Shown here in pieces: positions 9,886 through 17,806 of a stretch of 64,000 nt of DNA (its first letter is position 1; every line of letters starts with the position of its first letter). Both the position numbers and the translations under genes were made by a program. The notes beneath the pieces are model-generated. The model ran no database searches. It saw nothing but the letters and a program-made list of their open reading frames with translations, and had not been told where the DNA came from. Origin of the DNA: Candidatus Falkowbacteria bacterium (GTDB taxonomy: Bacteria; Patescibacteriota; Patescibacteriia; UBA11705); contig DOZJ01000002.1 of assembly GCA_003518055.1 (NCBI GenBank), forward strand, positions 170,137 to 234,136. Reading direction: 5' to 3'.

Positions 9886-9990
9886 CAAGAAAGCGAGAAC
9901 AGCGAGAAAAGTAAGACAAAGGATAACCAGAGTATTTGTTTACTTATCTTGCTTGTCTTGCTTATTTCACTTATAACTTATTAAAAGCGA
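9886..9990. repeat. REPIN-like structured intergenic repeat (copy A). It is an imperfect inverted doublet of aagcaaga(c)aagc(a/g)aga... units.
   Basis: reverse complement of 9942-9990 is near-identical to 54054-54100; the 16-mer aagcgagaacagcgag (9896-9911) matches the complement at 54158-54173. Confidence 0.6.
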
Positions 9991-10059
9991 TAAATCTGCC
10001 ATTATTCTTACAAAAATAAAATAAAAGAATTTAAAATTTAATTCATAAAAACAAAAAGT

Positions 10060-10323
10060 ATGGATCGCCTGTCATTGAAAAAGTACGGCTGGAAATGCGT
10101 GCTCGGGGCGGAGGTCGCTTATGTCCTGTGTTTGGCCGGAGCTTTTTTGCCGGTGCGTTCGGCCGAGGCGGTGGAGCTGCATCATCGATTGTTTGAAATT
10201 TTTCCGGGGTTTACGTGGATCAATGCCTCAAGTGTAATTTTCGGTCTAGTGTACATGTTTGTTTTCGCTTGGATTTTTGCTTGGTATTACGTCTGGATGC
10301 ATAATACCAGCATGGTCAAATAA
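10060..10323 (+). CDS. small hydrophobic membrane protein
   Basis: 87-aa ORF with ATG start and two predicted TM helices. Confidence 0.4.
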   Translation: MDRLSLKKYGWKCVLGAEVAYVLCLAGAFLPVRSAEAVELHHRLFEIFPGFTWINASSVIFGLVYMFVFAWIFAWYYVWMHNTSMVK

Positions 10324-10324
10324 T

Positions 10325-10368
10325 AGTTAAATAAAAAACAATCGCGATGAAGCGGTTGTTTTTATTTT
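10325..10368 (+). terminator. rho-independent terminator
   Basis: aaacaatcgc-gatgaa-gcggttgttt hairpin followed by a T-run. Confidence 0.5.
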
Positions 10369-10473
10369 ATCAGGAAACCCCGCAAGTAAGTGCGGGGAGA
10401 ATATTGTCAGGTGTAAGAGATTCACGGGATATCTTTACATTGACAAAAAAACGACTATGTTTAGTCGTTGATA

Positions 10474-11589
10474 TTACTTCGCCGGATACTGCTTCACGTA
10501 TTTGGCCGCGCTGGAGAATTCCTTATTGTCCATATTGGCCATCTCATCCAAAAAGGCCGAGTCTCCAAGCTTCTCGAAATATCGAGCAATCTTATCGGCA
10601 TGCTCTCGGTAAAAACATCTGTGTGAGATATTGGCGTATTTCTCCGAAATATTCCCACGCCGGACTACGTCTTTCAGCCAGTCAGGGTCAACATACTGCA
10701 TGACCATGATGACGAATTCAGCTGAGAGCGGGTAAACAGGATAGTCTGCAAACTCAACCAACTCCATTAGAAACTTCTTGTGCTTTCGCTTCAAAAGGCG
10801 TTCAAGACCGGAGCGATAACAGTCATCCATAAAGGTATGCTTGCTGATATCGGGACTGACTCTGTCCCACTTCCGCCAGCGCCAAAGCAGAGCCTTCAAC
10901 TTTGTTTCGCTGGGGATTAGCCTGAGAATGCGACTGGCAGTCTCTTGGCTAAGGTCGTCGAACCACCGCTCTTCAAGCAGATAAAACAATCTGATCAAAA
11001 ATTCCTCATCATCCGTGACCAGCGGAATAAAATTCGGGTCATACGCCGGGAGCAATTGCAGCGATGCTTTGCCTCCGTTTAGAGCAGTATACGGTGAATC
11101 TGGCCGCCGGTTATGGTCTTTGAACCACACGCTCATGTAAATCAGGGCTTTGAGCCCGGTATAGGGGCATCGCAGTTCGCGTACATCATAGTTTGTTACT
11201 GACTTTCGTGTCCTGATCTGATGGCCGCCGGCATCAAACTGAGTGAGATAAAGGATTTCTCCAGAGTCTTTTTCAACCAAGCCGATTTCGAAATACTTCT
11301 GTTCGCTGACTAGCAATACAAGCGTGCCGCGTTTGAATTCTGTTGAGTTTTCCTGGCCAAGCTGGCTAAGAAAATCCGCGGTCATGGATTCAGCCAATTC
11401 CCTTGCAACATGAAGCTGCGCTTCTGTCATCATTTTGGGATCATATCTGTCAATTCGTAGATGCAGACCGATGTCGCCGGGATGAAGCTGTTTTGCTTCA
11501 TAATTCTTGGCTACAGCTCTGCCGTCGTTCCCGATTACCACCTTCAGCACATGTCCGCTCGGGCTTCTGAAGTAGTTCTGGGTACTCAT
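10474..11589 (-). CDS. hypothetical protein (371 aa) encoded in a GC-rich islet
   Basis: GGAGGAG RBS directly upstream of the ATG at 11589. The upstream extension to 11775 in the track is Arg/Ala-rich, typical of translated GC-rich leader. Confidence 0.45.
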   Translation of the reverse strand: MSTQNYFRSPSGHVLKVVIGNDGRAVAKNYEAKQLHPGDIGLHLRIDRYDPKMMTEAQLHVARELAESMTADFLSQLGQENSTEFKRGTLVLLVSEQKYFEIGLVEKDSGEILYLTQFDAGGHQIRTRKSVTNYDVRELRCPYTGLKALIYMSVWFKDHNRRPDSPYTALNGGKASLQLLPAYDPNFIPLVTDDEEFLIRLFYLLEERWFDDLSQETASRILRLIPSETKLKALLWRWRKWDRVSPDISKHTFMDDCYRSGLERLLKRKHKKFLMELVEFADYPVYPLSAEFVIMVMQYVDPDWLKDVVRRGNISEKYANISHRCFYREHADKIARYFEKLGDSAFLDEMANMDNKEFSSAAKYVKQYPAK

Positions 11590-11817
11590 GTCTTGTCTCC
11601 TCCTCGGTTCCACACCTTCGGGCGTCCCCGAATGTTTCTTGCTAGGAGCATCCAAGCAAGCGGTATCCGCCTTTGCAACGCGTGCTTCAGCAGACATTCT
11701 TCGGTGCGCCATAGGCGCAGGTTTTCCTGCCGACACTCTTCGAGTGACGGCAAGCAGTATCCCATGGCGTCCCATTGGGATCTAAAACATTAACAAAAAC
11801 AACCAACTTTGTCAATG
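11590..11817 (-). promoter_or_regulatory. promoter (TTGACA-17-TAATGT on the minus strand, about 11790-11817) plus a ~200-nt GC-rich structured 5-prime leader
   Basis: several stable hairpins on the minus strand (cccaatggg, gcgcctatggcgc, gcttgcttgg..ctagcaag); leader composition is unlike the AT-rich surroundings. Confidence 0.35.
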
Positions 11818-11878
11818 GTTATTTTAGAAAAAATGTTATTTCTGCTATAATATTAACAATTCTTAATCATTTTCTTTC

Positions 11879-11927
11879 TCAAAGCTAAAAGCTCAAAGCT
11901 CAAAGCTAAAAGCTCAACGCTAACAGT
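11879..11927. repeat. short tandem repeat (aaagctca/aaagctaa units, about 6 copies) between a TGcTATAAT promoter (11843-11851) and the trmH-like start
   Basis: direct reading of the sequence. Confidence 0.6.
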
Positions 11928-11929
11928 AT

Positions 11930-12685
11930 ATGAAATCAATCACCTCGGTTTCCAATTTAACCATCAAAGAAGTCAAAAAATTACACCAAAAAAAATACCG
12001 TGAAAAAACCGGCTTGTTTTTAGTCGAAAATTTAAAAATAATCATGGATGCCTTCACCTCCGGTTTTGTACCATGTCAATTATTTTTTACTTCCGAACTA
12101 GTCAAAAAAAATTCCGAACTTCAATCATTGATCAACCGGGTGGGGGAGGGCTTTGAAATAAATGACCAAGTAAACAAATCTATTTCAACCCTAGACACGC
12201 CATCTGGTATTGTTGCTGTCTATGACCAACCGGAAGTCCGATTTAGCCGGGGAAAAAATTGTTTGTATTTAAATGCGATTAATGACCCGGGTAATCTGGG
12301 AACATTGCTGCGAAGCGCGGTCGCGTTTGGGTTCGACAATATAATTCTGGATGAAGCCTGCGTGGATTTGTATAATCCCAAGACTATTCACGCCGCCAAA
12401 GACGCCATATTTAAATTGAATTTTTCGTTCGCCGTCGATTTTTCAACACTCAAAACCGATTATTATATCCTGACCACATCAGTGCGTGGTAGTAATCCCG
12501 AGTTTAAAATTCCCAAGACAAAATCGGTTTGCCTCATTCTCGGCAGCGAATCTCACGGCGTTGACCCGAGTTTGCTTAAACTATCCGATCAATCGGTTTC
12601 GATTCCCACCACCGAGAAAATTGAATCATTGAATGTCGCTGTGGCCGGGTCGATTTTGATGGAAAAAATTTTCAATAAAAAATAA
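11930..12685 (+). CDS. TrmH/SpoU-family RNA 2-prime-O-methyltransferase
   Basis: SPOUT motifs DPGNLGTLLRSA, LILGSESHG, ESLNVAVAGSIL. Confidence 0.8.
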   Translation: MKSITSVSNLTIKEVKKLHQKKYREKTGLFLVENLKIIMDAFTSGFVPCQLFFTSELVKKNSELQSLINRVGEGFEINDQVNKSISTLDTPSGIVAVYDQPEVRFSRGKNCLYLNAINDPGNLGTLLRSAVAFGFDNIILDEACVDLYNPKTIHAAKDAIFKLNFSFAVDFSTLKTDYYILTTSVRGSNPEFKIPKTKSVCLILGSESHGVDPSLLKLSDQSVSIPTTEKIESLNVAVAGSILMEKIFNKK

Positions 12686-12706
12686 AACACTTTTGTTAAA
12701 GTGTTG

Positions 12707-13189
12707 TTAGATCAGCGGCTCACGCCAGCCAAAGACCTTATCTGTTGGAATCAAGTCCTTTGTTTCAGCTCGGAACCATGCTGGATTGGTTTGTCCGTCT
12801 TCGCGATGGTAATCAGCGTTGGCCTTGATGATTTCTCCGGTTGTCAGCAGAATTTCATACACGATAAGCTGTTGATTGGCCGTGGTGAAATACAGTGGAA
12901 ATCTGGTTTTGAACTCATTGCGTGGCTTGTCCTCGAGTACCCGGCAATGGTGACTGTCAGTGATCACAACCACCAGGGGCTGGCCTTCGAACACCAGTTG
13001 GTGGTCCAGCATTTCGGCTACTAGTGTGAGAAAATGGGCGGCGTAACAAATTTTGGGATACACATGGTTGAGATAACTGTTGACCGCGGAAATGAGCAAT
13101 CCCTTAGACGTTTCTGAGATAAATGTCAGATCCATGATAACTTCGCGAAAATTTTCTCGGTGAATCCTGATTGGGCTCTTTGGGTTCAT
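12707..13189 (-). CDS. hypothetical protein, tandem paralog of 13220..13678
   Basis: The track ORF starts at TTG 13213; the ATG at 13189 is an alternative start. Shared motifs with the upstream gene: REN(F/W)...HVY...(K/R)FP. Confidence 0.4.
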   Translation of the reverse strand: MNPKSPIRIHRENFREVIMDLTFISETSKGLLISAVNSYLNHVYPKICYAAHFLTLVAEMLDHQLVFEGQPLVVVITDSHHCRVLEDKPRNEFKTRFPLYFTTANQQLIVYEILLTTGEIIKANADYHREDGQTNPAWFRAETKDLIPTDKVFGWREPLI

Positions 13190-13219
13190 GTGGTCACCTT
13201 TGCTTTGTGCCAATTATGG

Positions 13220-13678
13220 TCAATACCGCCGTTTGGCAGGGGTAAAACATTGTACCTGTTTATCCGGAATTCGTTTGTTTGTGATGGTGTCGATCCACAC
13301 CCGATTATGAAACATAAACGCCCCCTGATATTCCCAAATGGCGGGAACTTTATATCCATGATCAAGGGTCAACTCGAAAACAACGGTTGTGCTATTTCGA
13401 TGTGACCTATCTTCAGTCGGGAATTTCCTCGGGTCGCTTTTCACGACCGGCTCAAGGAAGATCATTGTTCCATCTCTTGTTACTCTTACCAGCAGGCCGT
13501 CAAACATGAGTTCATTGATTTCGGCGCAGAACTCTTCATATTGATTGGCGTAAACGTGCGGCGGAAAGACTAGGCTCAGAAAAGCTGTGATCATGCCACG
13601 CAGTTTGATCTTTGCAAATGGGCTCAGGTCGGAACTTTCCAGCTCTAGCACCCAGTTTTCTCGTGTCAGCTCAAGCAT
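13220..13678 (-). CDS. hypothetical protein, tandem paralog of 12707..13189
   Basis: ATG start; similar length and conserved blocks with the neighbour. Confidence 0.4.
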   Translation of the reverse strand: MLELTRENWVLELESSDLSPFAKIKLRGMITAFLSLVFPPHVYANQYEEFCAEINELMFDGLLVRVTRDGTMIFLEPVVKSDPRKFPTEDRSHRNSTTVVFELTLDHGYKVPAIWEYQGAFMFHNRVWIDTITNKRIPDKQVQCFTPAKRRY

Positions 13679-13795
13679 GGCCGGCTCCTTGGTGTGGTGT
13701 TAACAAGCCACCATATCATAATCAACTTGGTCTGTCAATCATAAGGGTAGTATATAATTTGTGATTTATTATTTGTGATTTGAATTTAAAAATAT

Positions 13796-14932
13796 ATGGA
13801 AAGAATTCCTCAAGAACAACAAGAACAAAAAAAATTTACCGTTGACGTCGGTTTTGATGACTTGGCCGCGGTTATTCCTGAATTCAAAAAAATGATTGGT
13901 TTTGATCAAAAGAATGACTATCACACGTTGACATTGGATGTTCACACCAAAGAGGTGGACCGGCAGCTGCTCGAAGATCCTTTTGTCTTATCTCTGCCGC
14001 CGCGGATGCAAAAACTTATTCATTTGGCGGCCTTGATGCATGACCTTGGCAAAACCGATGACATCGGCTTGGAGGGGGAGCGAGGCCGACAGATTCACCC
14101 CACTGACCCCAATAAATTCCGATATGTCGGCCACGAAAAAGTCAGCGCCTCCTTGGCTGAGAAAATTTTACGCAATCATTTTGATTTACCACTGGAAGAA
14201 TTGGCTTTTGTTGTGAGCTTGGTCGCTTTGCACGATGAGATAATGAAAGTGATTAATATTTTTTCCGGCCAGCAGATACCGCCAAAAGCAAAAAGGCAGG
14301 CAATGTTAGAAGCACCCGGCCGTACATTTAATCTGCCATCAAGTAGTGACCTGACTCCATATGGCTATTTGATGGACAAGGTGTCCGAGTTGCCGATTGA
14401 TATTTCAATCAAGGACAAACTTAATATTGTGATTTCTTTTGGTTTGGCGGATAAAAAAGCCAATTATACCGAAGAATCCCGTACAGTATTGGAATCTTCT
14501 CCGCGCGAATCCGACCGGCAGCAGATTGCTTTTGTGCTTGAGAAGTGCCGGATTCAGCTGGCCGCGATGAATGAATTCCGTAAGGCGATGCCGGCTATTG
14601 TTGACGCGGTTATTGGTATGCGGGCCGGAGATAATGCTCGGCCCAGCGTGGTTCAGCTTCCGAGCGGTGAGTATATTTACGATAAAAATATCAAGGTAGA
14701 TTTACCGGTTGAACTTGATGCCGTTGTAGGCTTATCAGCTGAACAAAAAGAGAAATTAATCAAACCGTTTACGCGTTTGAAGCTGAATCTTGAGCACGGT
14801 GACCTTTCTCCTTCCAAAGATATGGCTCGGGGGCTGCTTAGACATAAAATGCGTTTGACCGATGAGCAGTTATCCGAGTTTCTGTCCGCTGCCGGCTATA
14901 ATCCAGACCAGATTGAGGTCCTCTTGTCTTAG
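13796..14932 (+). CDS. HD-domain metal-dependent phosphohydrolase family protein with a long C-terminal extension
   Basis: H...HD...H...D pattern (HTLTLDVHT, LMHDLGK, HEKVSA, ALHDE). Confidence 0.5.
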   Translation: MERIPQEQQEQKKFTVDVGFDDLAAVIPEFKKMIGFDQKNDYHTLTLDVHTKEVDRQLLEDPFVLSLPPRMQKLIHLAALMHDLGKTDDIGLEGERGRQIHPTDPNKFRYVGHEKVSASLAEKILRNHFDLPLEELAFVVSLVALHDEIMKVINIFSGQQIPPKAKRQAMLEAPGRTFNLPSSSDLTPYGYLMDKVSELPIDISIKDKLNIVISFGLADKKANYTEESRTVLESSPRESDRQQIAFVLEKCRIQLAAMNEFRKAMPAIVDAVIGMRAGDNARPSVVQLPSGEYIYDKNIKVDLPVELDAVVGLSAEQKEKLIKPFTRLKLNLEHGDLSPSKDMARGLLRHKMRLTDEQLSEFLSAAGYNPDQIEVLLS

Positions 14933-14994
14933 ACTTGTTTTTTGGTTGAAAGTGTTATAACATAATTTTGCAGTCCCAACCACGGAGGAGTACC

Positions 14995-15498
14995 ATGCCA
15001 GATCTGATGGAATCGGCCTTTCTTCATGGTCTGAACGAACAAGAGGTTTTTGACCTGCTCCAATTTTTTGAGGTGCGTCATTTTCTCAAGGGTGCGGTTC
15101 TGCTGACCGAGGGTGTTGTCGGCGAAGAAATGCTTTTGATTGTGAGTGGACGGGTATCCGTCAAATTTGAAGGGCATTATATCAAAAGCTTTGGCATGGG
15201 CTCAGTCATGGGTGAAATCTCATTGATCGATCACGGTGAACGAACGGCCAGCGTGATTGCCGAAACCGACGTGGAGGTTCGGACACTTTCGACCAGCGCA
15301 TGGCTTCGACTGCGCCAAGAGCGGCCGGATTTGGCCTCCCGTATTAGCTTCAACCTGAATTGCATTATTGCTCAGAAGTTTCGTAGTTCATATGCCCGGA
15401 TGAAAGATCTTCATCGTGAAGTTCATAAACTGGAAGCCAAGCTTGACAGCGGCTCACTCAAGCGGATTAAGAAGATTCTGACTCGCGATTTGTTCTGA
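14995..15498 (+). CDS. cyclic-nucleotide-binding (cNMP) domain protein without an HTH
   Basis: GGAGGAG RBS before the ATG at 14995; motif GEISLIDHGERTASVIA resembles the cNMP phosphate-binding cassette. Confidence 0.55.
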   Translation: MPDLMESAFLHGLNEQEVFDLLQFFEVRHFLKGAVLLTEGVVGEEMLLIVSGRVSVKFEGHYIKSFGMGSVMGEISLIDHGERTASVIAETDVEVRTLSTSAWLRLRQERPDLASRISFNLNCIIAQKFRSSYARMKDLHREVHKLEAKLDSGSLKRIKKILTRDLF

Positions 15499-15530
15499 CC
15501 GTCACAACTGACGGTTTTTTGTTTCTGGAT
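15499..15530 (+). terminator. rho-independent terminator
   Basis: accgtcacaactgacggt hairpin followed by ttttttgtttc. Confidence 0.6.
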
Positions 15531-15692
15531 TAATAAATTAGATAAAAATTGATAATACGATGTTGGTTGCGTTATATTTGGTGAGTGGGGAAGTGTGCCG
15601 GCCATTATTGCGGGTTGTATTTATCGAATGAGTAACCTTGAAACATTCCCTGATTTTTATTGTAATGTAATTTTTTATTATTTTTGTCAAAC

Positions 15693-15734
15693 TGTGGATA
15701 ACTTTTAACCAGGTGGGGGATGTGGATAACTTTT
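15693..15734 (+). promoter_or_regulatory. two perfect DnaA boxes (TGTGGATAA = complement of TTATCCACA), 28 bp apart, in the Fur-family gene promoter region
   Basis: TGTGGATAACTTTT at 15693-15706 and 15721-15734; a TATAAT follows at about 15757. Confidence 0.45.
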
Positions 15735-15787
15735 TTACCCCAGTGCCTATTCATAATATAATGCAATTAGGAATTATTCTTAATGTT

Positions 15788-16201
15788 ATGGTTAAATCAT
15801 CCAAATCAAAGCAAAATCTATTCCGTGACACTACCCAGCGTCAGTTAATCTTGGAATATTTACACCGCTCACTCGCCCACCCTACCGCGCAAGAAATTTT
15901 TCGGATTATTAAAAAGACTCTTCCGCGAGTCAGTCTATCAACTATTTATCGCAATTTGATTATTCTCGAAAAACAAGGTAGGGTCTCTTCCCTATCATAT
16001 TCCAAAAATTTTACGCGCTTCGAGCTGAATCACGGCGATCATTATCATTTTATCTGCGAGAAGTGCGACAAGGTGGAGCATGTCAATCTTGATCCCCTGC
16101 TTGAATTGAACTCACAGCTGGCCAGGCGTCATGATCTGGTTGTCAATAATCATCAGCTGACATTTTTCGGGTTTTGCCAAAATTGTCAAAAGAAAAAATG
16201 A
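15788..16201 (+). CDS. Fur-family metalloregulator (Fur/Zur/PerR type)
   Basis: HPTAQEIF...LSTIYRNL...HYHFICEKCDKVEH...GFCQNCQ. The track ORF starts at GTG 15713 and overlaps the DnaA boxes; the ATG at 15788 (or 15761) is preferred. Confidence 0.7.
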   Translation: MVKSSKSKQNLFRDTTQRQLILEYLHRSLAHPTAQEIFRIIKKTLPRVSLSTIYRNLIILEKQGRVSSLSYSKNFTRFELNHGDHYHFICEKCDKVEHVNLDPLLELNSQLARRHDLVVNNHQLTFFGFCQNCQKKK

Positions 16202-16255
16202 GATTGTATCTCATTTTGGTTCTAAATGTTCGCATTTTTTTCAGAGTTAATATTG

Positions 16256-16711
16256 TCAGGCGGATTCAAGTCGCTGTTTTACGGCTTTAATATTTTCCAT
16301 CATGAAAGCTGCGGTTTCAGCCACAACCTTTAACCCGGCCTTTACCATCATGACAATGAATCTGATGATCATTAACCACACGCTCTCCTGTTCTTGATTA
16401 TAGTCACTTTCAGGCTTCCAAGTAGATGGTTCCTCCGGATCAAATTTCTCGAGCAAGACGCTATGAGCTAGGAACACTTTAGCAGTTTCATCAGAAAAAT
16501 TTCCTTCGGCGCGCATTTGCTCGATGGTCTCGTTGAGACTGGAGATATGAATCGGGAATTCCGGCGGCAGCTTGCCTCGAGTGTATGGCGCCCCGCAATC
16601 AACGCCGAAGAAAAGACCGCATTCATCACAGAACATGGTTACGTGGTTGCAGGTACAAATCATGAGCGGCATTACCATGATGTTGCCATTGTGGCATTCT
16701 GGGCATTTCAT
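16256..16711 (-). CDS. Cys-rich zinc-ribbon protein with a C-terminal amphipathic/hydrophobic segment, function unknown
   Basis: GGAGG RBS before the ATG at 16711; CPECHNG...CTCNH...CDECG...DCG. Confidence 0.4.
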   Translation of the reverse strand: MKCPECHNGNIMVMPLMICTCNHVTMFCDECGLFFGVDCGAPYTRGKLPPEFPIHISSLNETIEQMRAEGNFSDETAKVFLAHSVLLEKFDPEEPSTWKPESDYNQEQESVWLMIIRFIVMMVKAGLKVVAETAAFMMENIKAVKQRLESA

Positions 16712-16800
16712 CTTCTCGCCTCCTTCCTTTGGAACATTCAAGCTTAAACCATTCATTTAGCAATGTCAATCTATCATCGTGTTTCATAAAAAAGAGAAGT

Positions 16801-17646
16801 TTACTCCCTATTTTTTTGCGCCATTTTTGCTTCAACCAGAGCATATTCAGTCCGCAGTGCGTTGATAATCGTCGGCGTTAGCTGTCGTTTATTGTCTTCA
16901 TAAAAATGTTTCATTTTCGGCGACAAGTTTGTTTCCATGGGAAAAAGACGGGCTTCACAGAAAAGAAATTCCAGCGCCGCCACGCATTTGTTTACCGGCG
17001 GGACATCCAGTTCAAACGCTTTTTGGTACAGACCGCAGGCCGTAGCCAGATGTTCCTGCTTCTTGGCTTTGCGCGCTTCGAGCATGATCAAAGCGAATCT
17101 CGATCGAGTAAGCTGCGACGCCGAAATCGTCGCTTCACCGGTTTTGAGCCAATCAAGATACTCAAGCATGAGAGCATTGAAGCCGGTAAAGTCCGCTGTG
17201 GTCACTTTGCGGGCTAGGAGTGTTTCCAGCCGGTACAATGTTTTTTCCGGCGGTTCAAATCATTGGCTCTGTTCATATGCTTCTCTTGCCAAAGCCAGAG
17301 CTGCTTGGCGGTGTTCATCAAAAATGGCCAAATGGCATTCACCCATTGCTTGCAGCCACTCAATATGAGTTTGTTGATCAACCGGAGGCATCAATTCCAG
17401 TAGCGCAATCGCCTCCACCGGCTGACCATGACGTCTGGCCCAATCAGCTTTGTTTATCATCACTCTGGCCAGATCAGCTTCGCCCGCCTGCGGATGTTTC
17501 GCGATCAGCTCATAAATTCGGTTTTTAATTTCCGGATGACCGGCGACAGCCGCTTGACTTCCCAGATCGAACAACTCACTCACTTCCAGAGTATCAGCTT
17601 TGAGTTCACCATCCGCGACTAACTGGTATCGTGCTTTGCCGCTCAT
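16801..17646 (-). pseudogene. TPR-like helical protein gene interrupted by a single in-frame TGA (17257-17259): pseudogene or recoding candidate
   Basis: ORFs 17260..17646 and 16801..17238 are in the same frame. The codon context is ...CAA TGA TTT GAA..., and the downstream part has no ATG, RBS or new frame. Confidence 0.5.
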
Positions 17647-17806
17647 CGAGTCTTGCCTTTCCGTTGGTTATGACCAATGTTCCTTTACCGCTTGACACAA
17701 TAACCTAAAGTCTCAAATCCATGTTGTTTGGTTTTGTCAAAGAAGCAATAGCGAATCGTAGCAGATAAAGTTTCGTCTGACAAGTCAAAAAAAGGAGAGG
17801 CTTTAC

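Noticed and set aside
10347-10703. ORF 10347..10703 (+)
   Set aside because: It begins inside the terminator hairpin and runs antisense to the 10474..11589 gene with Arg/Ser-rich composition, so it is spurious.
11461-11793. ORFs 11461..11793 and 11588..11785 (+), and the track's N-terminal extension of the minus-strand gene to 11775
   Set aside because: These are open frames that arise from the GC-rich leader. The minus-strand gene has a consensus RBS and ATG at 11589, so the leader is treated as non-coding.
11879-11927. CRISPR array interpretation of the short tandem repeats at 11879-11927 and 41861-41910
   Set aside because: The units are only 8-9 nt with no spacers and no cas genes, so these are simple SSRs.
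16801-17646. genome-wide UGA=Gly recoding (genetic code 25) as the explanation for the in-frame TGA
   Set aside because: Under a standard-code ORF call, the window contains many very long conserved genes (copA, recG, P-type ATPase, virB4) without internal TGA, so TGA is a genuine stop in this genome.
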